The translations under genes and the position numbers were made by a program. From Andalucia godoyi And28 (Eukaryota; Protista; Jakobida): 64,000 nt of DNA. The notes beneath the pieces are model-generated. The model saw only the letters and a list, made by a program, of their open reading frames with translations, did no database searches and had not been told where the DNA came from. The DNA is taken from NCBI GenBank assembly GCA_009859145.1, contig VRVR01000036.1, positions 200,956 through 264,955 of the forward strand, in the 5' to 3' direction. Positions 10,415-19,184 of the stretch are shown piece by piece (position 1 is the stretch's first letter; each line of letters starts with the position of its first letter).

Positions 10415-11845
10415 ATGCCCCTTCCTGACACAATGATTGCTGCAGCGGAATTATCGTTTCTGCCAAGGTACTACGAAACGAGACAGCATCGTGCGGGGTC
10501 GGTTACGTCAGAGATGGTGTCGAACTGGATTGAGCTGGAAGACATAACGCCTGATGTTTCGCTTGATGTGGTTGTCAATCATTTGGGACGAAACCTGTTG
10601 ACGGGTGCAGATCTCGTATGTACTGCAAGAAATCCAGTGCTTGTCGAGTCGCTTGCGATGGATCCGCACGTTGTCATGATGTGCACCGTGACGAAGCGCA
10701 CGAAAAAGGTGTTTCACCGGCGACATGCGCGGTTCCTTGTTGTGCGAAACATGGGATATGTCTTAGAGCTGTATGACTCCGAGACCGAAGTCAACCGATC
10801 GACGGTGCAGTGTCGGTACTATGTTCCCGACGATGCGTTCGTTTCTGCCGAGCAAGGCTCCCGAGTTTCCGTGTCCGGACTCTGCAAGGTCCGCGCTGCA
10901 CATGGATTTGATATCAACGACCATGGCCACGCCAAGAAGGAAATCGACGTCATTTTCGAAACCGACGAGTTGGCAACCACTTTTCGCAGAATTCTAAAGA
11001 AGCGCTGTCTGTATTCGATTTTCCGGCTGGTCGTTCTGTCATCCCTCCTTCCCGTGGACGTTGCACATCCTGCTAGCCATTCGTCTATAGCATGGAAGCG
11101 GCACACCTTGGAAAACAGCACTCTGTCGATTGCGCTTCCTTGTGTGTTTGTTTCCGAGACGTACGATGCGATGGAAACCACGCTACCTGTGCTGCCCGCG
11201 CTGGCTCATTCAGCAGGCCAGCAGCCGTCGGGAGCCTTGCATGCCAGCGCCACGCATGTCCATCTGCATGCCCCGCATTCGTCGAGGCTCCGCCACTCTG
11301 CGGTCGAACGAAAGAACTCAAGATCAAGCGCAGCCAAAATCTACCATCGGCTCATTGCCAATTCGTTCGTACCAGTGTCGAAAGCCTGGAGCTTTGATCC
11401 CCGCGACTCTGGAAGTCGACAGCATCACGATGCGTCCCACGACCTTGTTTCCATCGTGTTTCGCTCCGAGCCCGTTGAACGATCTCACATCGTCCGCAAT
11501 TCCGACCAGTACGCAATCGATCTTGTAGAGCAGTCTCGATCTTCAATGTCAGTCGACGGGTTTCTGCATGTCAACAACTTTGAGAGCGTGTGCTGCATCT
11601 CCGAAACACACGAACCAGCTGCCATGTCTGTCTACAAATATAGAAGACATAACATGCACGTCGTCTGCATTCTCCTCGCGCATCGTTCCCAGGGGACGTC
11701 TTCCGAGTACATCAACGGACCTCGCGAAGGCAAGGGCCTCTCGCTGTTAGCTTCAGTCTGCCATCCCCACTTGGACACTGCCGTTCTCCTTTCGTGGTCT
11801 CTTACCCCATTGTTGTTCAAGATTGCAGAGACTATTCATCTCTAG
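10415..11845 (+). CDS. Hypothetical protein with a probable PH-like domain
   Basis: 476-aa ORF from ATG 10415 with coding-like composition. MMCTVTKRTKKVFHRRHARFLVV...LELYDSE...VIFETDELATTFRRILKK follows the PH strand and helix pattern. Confidence 0.6.
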   Translation: MPLPDTMIAAAELSFLPRYYETRQHRAGSVTSEMVSNWIELEDITPDVSLDVVVNHLGRNLLTGADLVCTARNPVLVESLAMDPHVVMMCTVTKRTKKVFHRRHARFLVVRNMGYVLELYDSETEVNRSTVQCRYYVPDDAFVSAEQGSRVSVSGLCKVRAAHGFDINDHGHAKKEIDVIFETDELATTFRRILKKRCLYSIFRLVVLSSLLPVDVAHPASHSSIAWKRHTLENSTLSIALPCVFVSETYDAMETTLPVLPALAHSAGQQPSGALHASATHVHLHAPHSSRLRHSAVERKNSRSSAAKIYHRLIANSFVPVSKAWSFDPRDSGSRQHHDASHDLVSIVFRSEPVERSHIVRNSDQYAIDLVEQSRSSMSVDGFLHVNNFESVCCISETHEPAAMSVYKYRRHNMHVVCILLAHRSQGTSSEYINGPREGKGLSLLASVCHPHLDTAVLLSWSLTPLLFKIAETIHL

Positions 11846-12045
11846 CATCTGCGCAATTCAATTCACACTCGCTCATCACCACAGTCATCATAGTCGTCAC
11901 AGTTATGCTTAGTTGTCATAATTATGACAACAATTTATATACATACGTCGTTAACCTTAAATGATGCACGCACAAAATTTCTGCAAATGGCAGTCGTCCA
12001 TGTTGTGCAGTGTCCTTTTTTCTTCTCCCTGGCTTCTGGATATAT

Positions 12046-14892
12046 TTACTCCTGCAACACGGCAAAGCGAGACTTGTATGCACCCGTAGCGGTGCTGCCC
12101 CCGTTGTTCGCAGATGTCGGAGCGAGGCCCTTTTGGACCACAACCCATCCGTCACCTGCCTGGCGATCCACAGCAGCAGCAGACGGCACAGGAGCAATCT
12201 CTGGTACTTGCGACGAAGTAGCACCAGCACCAGCACCAGCACCAGAAGAAGAAGAAGAAGAAGAAGAAGAATCATGGACATGCTCCCTGTTCCAGAATTC
12301 AATTCGCAAGTCGAGTCCCATTCGCTTGATTTTGGAAAATGCATCGTCCCTCGCAGATTCCGAGGAGAACAAGACATGTGCTTCGTCATCATCGCGAGTC
12401 TGTAGGAAGCACTTTCCGCGGTACCACGTTCGCAGACTCGAATCCAGCTTGCGCAAAACATCGTATGAAATGGGCTGGCCAGGGTATGTCGAGGTGATGA
12501 CAAGATAAAACAAAAACATGTTCTTCTCCTTGCGCTCTTCTGTAGCCCGTTTGGACGAAATGGCGTCCTGCAGTGAATACGGAGGGTTGCTGGTCATCTC
12601 GGTTCGATACATGGAAACGGACCGTTTCGGTTCAGCATCCTTCGCTTCCGATTCTAGAAAGTAGTATGAACCAAGCTGGTGCAGAAAAGCACGCTTCTCG
12701 ATGCCCATGGCAGGGAAATCCAGTGCCTTGGGCTGCTTGGGGTCCAGCACAAACGTCCGGATCTTGTCTACCACTCCCCGAACAAACACGTCATTCCGAA
12801 GTGCAAAGCTCTTGAGGAACTCCGTATACGGCGGTCGTTCGATTTCATCTGTCACCAGTTTATCCTGGTCAAGCTTGAGGGCGTCTCGGAACGCAGAATT
12901 CCTGCATTCACGAGTACATTTCAAAACGTACAATTCTTCCGTGTTCATCCTATCGTCAACGGGTGTTCCCTCAACATCCACCTTGACAGCCTTGACACCC
13001 TGCTGTCGCAGTTCCGAGCAAGTTAGCGTTTCTTGTCGGTGACCACAGGCACAACCAGCAATCACCTTCACAAAGCAGCCATTTGAACTGCACGACGCGA
13101 CGTGCCCGCATTTGAGAGAGCACGGATGACCACAGTCGGGTCGAGGCCTTTCACACCTTGCGGCGCATGGAGGACACCTTCCCGCATGACAATTCTTTTT
13201 GCAAGAATGGCCACACGGAAGGGGCTTCCCACAAGCACGCGTGCACAGCTGAATACCGATTTCCTCTGTACCCGCTTCCTCCGCTTTCCGCTTTGCCGAC
13301 ATCACCAGATAGCACATGGTAGGGAGCTCGCAATGACCACCGGCACAGACGTGGGGAACAAGAGTTTTGCACGGTGGGCAGTTTCCGGTGGAGTGAAAAG
13401 GATGTGCAGGTGCGTGGCCACACATTCGCGGAATCATGCAATCGTGATCTCCATACACTCCGAACGTTGACGACGTACCTGAGTATTCATCAGGGTCTGT
13501 CCCAAGACTCGGAAAATCAGCTTGGCGAGCAAGCGACATTCCAATCGCAGAAACTGCATCCGATCCTGGCCGATCTGTTGATCGATCGATGTGTTGACGG
13601 AAACGCTGCTGCCGATTGGTGCTGGCTGGAGCATTTCCAGAGCCCGAAGAATGTGCATTAGGAACCAAAATGGATGTTGACGATGGGGCAGGAAACGATG
13701 ACTGCACATACGTTGGAGGAGGATGAGACATATTAGCATTGCTTCCGCTGGGTTGGGAATCATCGGAAGAGGAAGGGGAAGAGAAAGAGAAAGGAATAGC
13801 CCGAGCTAACGCTGACAGATTGAATGCACGACCGGGAGCCGCCGGGTCCAATGGATTCATTCGACTTGCCCCACTGAAGCTCGATGCCGAAACGGACATC
13901 TTTGAGCGACCACCGCCCACACCATGAGTACTGGCCATGTGCGATTGGAGTTCGAGATTGGACGGAAAGACAATGAAATGCATTTGCTTGCAGTTCACAT
14001 CTTCACACATGTAGTGGCAAGCACGAAAGTGTTCCTCCAAGGCAGCATAATTCTCGTAATACACATACTGCAGTTGATGCGATCGAACGCAGAGAAAGCA
14101 CGTCTCATGCTGCAGATTCATGTGCGCAAAGATCTCGTCCTCTGAGTAGTAGTGGGTTTTGCAGAACTTGCAATACGGATGACCGTGAGCTACACCCGGT
14201 TTCCGGTCGCCAGAGCCCACAGTCAAGTGGCTTCGAAGCTCCTTTTGCGTGTACAGGTGCTGCTCACAAACGAATTTCGGCGAGTGCTTTAAACACAGCT
14301 CGCAGAATGACAGACCGTGGTCTTCGCGAACATGTCTTTTCAGTACTCCAATGTTGGGAAACGGTCCAAAAGGAGAAGATTCGTCGACAGGTCGTTCTGC
14401 GTCATCCAACGTTGAATTTGTACATGCAAAATCGCCCAACTCCGCCTTCGTCGAGAGCGCCTTCTCACTCTTGAGCGGCAGTGGCACCATGGCGTCGATG
14501 TGATGGGTGCACCCCGGGACCGGGCAGTACGCATCACGAAACTTGACAACCTCTTTTAGCAAATCTCTTGTTTTGGCCTCCAATTTCCATCTTTTGTCCT
14601 TTGGAAAGCGATTGTGAGGAAGATCGCCCCACTTTTTCGCCCCCAAATCTCGATACGGGATGTAGAGTGCCGTTGGAATTGGTTGCTTACACACGCAGCA
14701 CGATGTGTCCCTTTGCAATATCCGCATTCGAATCGAGCACTTGTAGCAGACATTTGCATGGTTGCAAGGTCCCACTGCACATACAGTCAGATTTTCAAAG
14801 CAAACAAGGCACGTCGGAGCATCACGAGATCCAGAGCGCTGAACACTGGGCTCCATAGAATGGTGATGATTCTTGATCCTTGCGTCGGCCAT
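12046..14892 (-). CDS. ZNF598/Hel2-like RING plus C2H2 E3 ligase fused to NF-X1-type zinc fingers, R3H and an RRM-like domain (NFX1/Fap1-like C-terminal half)
   Basis: CLVC...GPCNH..CYKCSIRMRIL...CCVCK (RING); GHPYCKFCKTHYYSEDEIFAHMNLQHETCFLC and EEHFRACHYMCEDVNC (ZNF598 fingers); CGKPLPCGHSCKKNCHAGRCPPC (NF-X1 fingers); FPAMGIEKRAFLHQLGSYYFLESEAKDAEPKRSV (R3H). Probable ATG at 14892; the upstream Leu-rich extension comes from a (TAA)n microsatellite. Confidence 0.85.
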   Translation of the reverse strand: MADARIKNHHHSMEPSVQRSGSRDAPTCLVCFENLTVCAVGPCNHANVCYKCSIRMRILQRDTSCCVCKQPIPTALYIPYRDLGAKKWGDLPHNRFPKDKRWKLEAKTRDLLKEVVKFRDAYCPVPGCTHHIDAMVPLPLKSEKALSTKAELGDFACTNSTLDDAERPVDESSPFGPFPNIGVLKRHVREDHGLSFCELCLKHSPKFVCEQHLYTQKELRSHLTVGSGDRKPGVAHGHPYCKFCKTHYYSEDEIFAHMNLQHETCFLCVRSHQLQYVYYENYAALEEHFRACHYMCEDVNCKQMHFIVFPSNLELQSHMASTHGVGGGRSKMSVSASSFSGASRMNPLDPAAPGRAFNLSALARAIPFSFSSPSSSDDSQPSGSNANMSHPPPTYVQSSFPAPSSTSILVPNAHSSGSGNAPASTNRQQRFRQHIDRSTDRPGSDAVSAIGMSLARQADFPSLGTDPDEYSGTSSTFGVYGDHDCMIPRMCGHAPAHPFHSTGNCPPCKTLVPHVCAGGHCELPTMCYLVMSAKRKAEEAGTEEIGIQLCTRACGKPLPCGHSCKKNCHAGRCPPCAARCERPRPDCGHPCSLKCGHVASCSSNGCFVKVIAGCACGHRQETLTCSELRQQGVKAVKVDVEGTPVDDRMNTEELYVLKCTRECRNSAFRDALKLDQDKLVTDEIERPPYTEFLKSFALRNDVFVRGVVDKIRTFVLDPKQPKALDFPAMGIEKRAFLHQLGSYYFLESEAKDAEPKRSVSMYRTEMTSNPPYSLQDAISSKRATEERKEKNMFLFYLVITSTYPGQPISYDVLRKLDSSLRTWYRGKCFLQTRDDDEAHVLFSSESARDDAFSKIKRMGLDLRIEFWNREHVHDSSSSSSSSSGAGAGAGATSSQVPEIAPVPSAAAVDRQAGDGWVVVQKGLAPTSANNGGSTATGAYKSRFAVLQE

Positions 14893-15417
14893 GAGAACGA
14901 ATAGCAGAAAGAACACGAGTGACGGGGCAGTCGTCAAAATAAACAATGATGGAGAAAAAGTGAGAAAGAAAGAAAAGAAAAGAGAACGGGAAACGAAAAA
15001 TAATAATAATAATAATAATAATAAATGAAGAGCAGAGCGGAGACTTGGAGACACGAAGTTTTGTATTTATTTATATTATTATAGAAAACAATATATTATT
15101 TGTTTAATTCTTGAATGCTTGCTTTGAAATCGAATGTGAACGAGGTTGATGATGACGATGATGGTGAGGACTGTGTATCTACTGGCTTCTTTTTCTGCGA
15201 CTGTAGTTGGAGGATGGAGGGGTCGAGAAGGAAAATGCTGCTGATGCTGGGATAAGAGCTTTAGAAAGGCTGGACGAGGAGTGGCGAACATGACGCATGC
15301 TGATGAGTCATCTACTTGTTTTACCAGTTTATGTTTTCCATGATTCATATAGAACAATAAAAAGAAAGAAAGGAAGATAAAGAAGAGGAAGAAGAAGGGT
15401 GAGGATGAAAGTACAAA

Positions 15418-15419
<2 letters not shown>

Positions 15420-15452
<33 letters not shown>
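15420..15452. repeat. (CAT)n microsatellite just downstream of the ARF1 stop
   Basis: Directly visible. Confidence 0.95.
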
Positions 15453-16229
<777 letters not shown>

Positions 16230-16761
16230 TTATAAAAAAACCCGAATAACCGATAGGAAAATCCCAATAAAATTAAAGGAAAAGACAGACAAGAAAAGAC
16301 AGAAAAGGCGGAAAGCAAAGGAAACGGAAACATTTGAAAAGAGGTGGAAGAGACTTTGGACAATTGGAAATGAACAAGAAGTTGCTTCTAAGTAATGAGA
16401 CGCGATTCTGGAAACTATCACTACCCGCCAATGCTGCGCAACAGATGATGTCACGTGGATTTTTGGCCTCGTTGGGGGAGGGAATCGTGTAGGGAATGAC
16501 CCAGGGTGAGCCGCTGAATAATGAATGACACGTCATTGTCATGCATACGGGGGAGTATGAATAAACAGACACGGTCGACACTGGCCGACACTAGCACGCT
16601 TGTTTCATAGGGGAATTCGTGCTTATGCACGCTCGGCCAGAATTCAGCCGGTGACACAGGCTCTGCATTTTCGACACTATTTAACGCAGCATCCGTAGCC
16701 ATCTATTCTATCATTCGTTGGTGTCACTCTTTTATTCAAATATGAGCGTGAGTGCGCTGGG

Positions 16762-17021
16762 ATGACGCATTCGCCTACGCCTACGCCGCTCGATACAAGG
16801 TCTCCTAGGTCCCGCAGACCTCCTAAGAGACCACGTGTCACTACGCCTGCTGCTAGGGCCTTCAGAATCAAAATGCACCCGTCTCAAGAATAACGTGTCA
16901 CGCCGAGAAAGTGGCTCACCGATTGATCGGGATTGGGAACGGAGCGCGGAACATCTATCTGGAGAGCGCCGTGAGGCGTGCTGGGGCCTATCCCCTGCTC
17001 GGCAACGGGATGCATGATTGA
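16762..17021 (+). pseudogene. Internally deleted, inactivated Fanzor2/IS607-TnpB-like gene with only the N- and C-terminal ends retained
   Basis: The frame from ATG 16762 reads ...RRPPKRPRVTTPAARAFRIKMHPSQE*RVTPRKW, matching the TnpB/Fanzor N-terminal motif K/RxxxIRxxPxxEQxxxLxKW. It is followed immediately by SGSPIDRDW (16910-16936) and, after skipping one G, NGARNIYL...D* (16938-17021), the RuvC-III motif DRDxNGARNI. Confidence 0.75.
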
Positions 17022-17100
17022 AGATGCATGTCTATTCGTAGTTATGCATGTTCAGTTTGTAATGTAGGCGCTGACATTACACAAAAACCTTTGGAGTTCT
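16980..17100 (+). ncRNA. Candidate omegaRNA scaffold and right end of the Fanzor-like element
   Basis: It sits at the 3' end of the TnpB-like ORF. Stem-loops at 16983-16995 (GGGG/CCCC), 17024-17049 (10 pairs, one mismatch, UUCG loop) and 17058-17081 (perfect 8-bp TGTAATGT/ACATTACA). Boundaries are unknown. Confidence 0.4.
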
Positions 17101-17640
17101 CCCCCTGACATCTGGGAGTCGCAGGTCGCTTTTCTTTTTTACAACAGACAGATCACGACAGTCGGTTGTTGGCACGCTCTCTGCAGACGCCGTTTAATGT
17201 TAGTTTTCGTTCCTCCCTTCTTCTTGGTTTTTGCTTCTTCCGAATCGGTAAACTCGTGAAGAGCCATATTTGCTCCCACATGGTGCTTTTATTCGGCTTG
17301 GTGCTGGCGAGTCTGGCCAAAACCGACAAGTATGGTGGGTAGGACGATCCAGCAGGGCATCGGCACAAGTTTACCCAAAAGGTATGTAAATAAATAATAA
17401 TAATAAAAGGTTCTAGCGCCTCACTCACTGTTTTTTCGCTTCTACAATCATAGAGCACTCTTGACGTGCAATTGCGGGAGTTGCAAGAAGAAAGACGCCG
17501 GCTGCTTGCTGCAACGTATCGCTAGTATTTCACTGGTGGTGTAATCTTGAAACATGCTTTTCCAGACATTTCGTGGACGATAAAAAATGCCGGCAGCTCG
17601 CACAGCGATTCAATCTGCGGGGAAGACGGTAATGCAGAGC

Positions 17641-18628
17641 CTACGACGTCTTCTCGTTTTGTTTCATCTGAATGTACACCATATCGGGCATTGCTTCGCC
17701 GGATGCATAGTGCGTCCATGGCCTGTGCGCACACATGTCCATTACACCAAACGCAAAAATCACAATGGACCCCAGTTTAGCCAACGACGCAGCAACCTGT
17801 ATATCCCACGGCTGGACACTGACTTTAAACCCACCACTTACCCACTCGCGGACATTCTGCACGATGCCTGGAACTTGATCCACTGCATAATTGCTACGAC
17901 TGCGACTGCGACTGCGACTGCTACTGCTGCTGCTACTGCTGCTGCTGCTGTTGCTATTATTGTACTGGTTGTTACTCTCATGGTGCGACGCAGCACCACC
18001 AGTGGCGGGAATAGTATGCGAAGAATCAATCCGATCGTGGTCCTTCTGCAAAGAAGCAGTGTCTGTGCCCATTCGAGACCTTTGCTTTGCGTCGTACTGC
18101 TGGATAAACGCAAGGATAGTCTGGAAAAGCCTCCGTCTGCGATCCACGGCAGCTCTTCCATTCACCTTGACGTCCTGCGACCGCGATATCTTTTCAGAAT
18201 TCGAGTTGTGGCGATAGAAGAGGAGGTCCGCCGGAGAGAACAAGTGCTGCGTAGGAACATGCAAATGCGCACATGCATCAAGAAAGAGATAAATGTCACG
18301 ACAATCCGCACTTGCCGCTTCATACAAACTAGGATTTCCGCCCGGAAACCCTTGTTTCGCAAGTCTCCGAAGCACCTGCAGGATCAACATCATCCATCAG
18401 TCACTACTCGCCCCTCACCAAATGACAGAACGGGGAGAAGATAGAGAAGGGGGGGGAAGAGATAAGGAGGCATACATGTTCCTTGTTGAGCACACGAACG
18501 AGGTCAGAGGTGTCATAGCGGTCAGTCAGGATCTGGGAAATCCAGCCTATGGCATCCGCCTCGAGACTCTCAAGCTCAATCAACTCGTCTTCGCTTACCT
18601 GCATGTTCAGCATTTCTTCTTTTTGCAT
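17641..18628 (-). CDS. Calponin-homology (CH) domain protein; two exons, 18628-18476 and 18375-17641
   Basis: EADAIGWISQIL...DLVRVLNKEH|VLRRLAKQGFPG...DIYLFLDACAHLHVPTQHLFSPADL matches the CH signature once a 100-nt phase-0 intron (GTATGC...CTGCAG, 18475-18376) is removed. Confidence 0.75.
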
Positions 18629-18677
18629 CCGTGCGTGCGTGCGAAACCCGAAATATAATGAAACAGCCAATAATCAG

Positions 18678-18752
18678 TATAAGTATAAGTATAAGTATAA
18701 GTATAAGTATAAGAATAAGTATAAGAATAAGTATAAGAATAAGAATAAGAAT
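18678..18752. repeat. (TATAAG/AATAAG)n hexamer repeat
   Basis: Directly visible. Confidence 0.9.
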
Positions 18753-19184
18753 AATGTAATATGTTAAATGCAAGAAGAATGAAGACCCGCGAAACGCATT
18801 CGATTCAGCGATTGCAGTGCTCACTGTCGTCTACGGTCCTGGAGTACAGCAGTTTTAGAGCTTCTCTGGGGGGTTTCTTTTTCTCTTTTAAATTTACCGG
18901 GAAATGGCTAAGCCAAACAAAAAGGAAAACACGCCAAAAACGACTGATGAGCCAGGTGAATTGCAAACAGCACTCTGTAAGTTACGTACTTCCGCATTTT
19001 CATTCATTCGATTCTATCTTATTTTCTTACCTGCCTTCTGAAAGAGGAGGAAGAGAGATAAGGGAATAAGCTGGATGCGAAACTGCTATTTTGACTACTG
19101 ATTACTGTTTTCGAGGGGTTGCTGTAGAAGAAGGCGCAGCCGTACACACGTACATATACACGATAAGGATAGAGTCGGGTGCAG

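Noticed and set aside
17280-17525. Plus-strand signal-peptide-like sORF plus an apparent GTATGT...CATAG intron (17382-17453)
   Set aside because: An in-frame TAG at 17340 precedes the donor, and the AT-rich tract matches the 3' UTR pattern of the convergent minus-strand CH gene.
17153-17734. Two minus-strand ORFs in frame across one TAG, which could suggest readthrough or stop reassignment
   Set aside because: TAG terminates several well-supported genes here (e.g. 5399, 32040, 44424), and the peptides lack homology signals.
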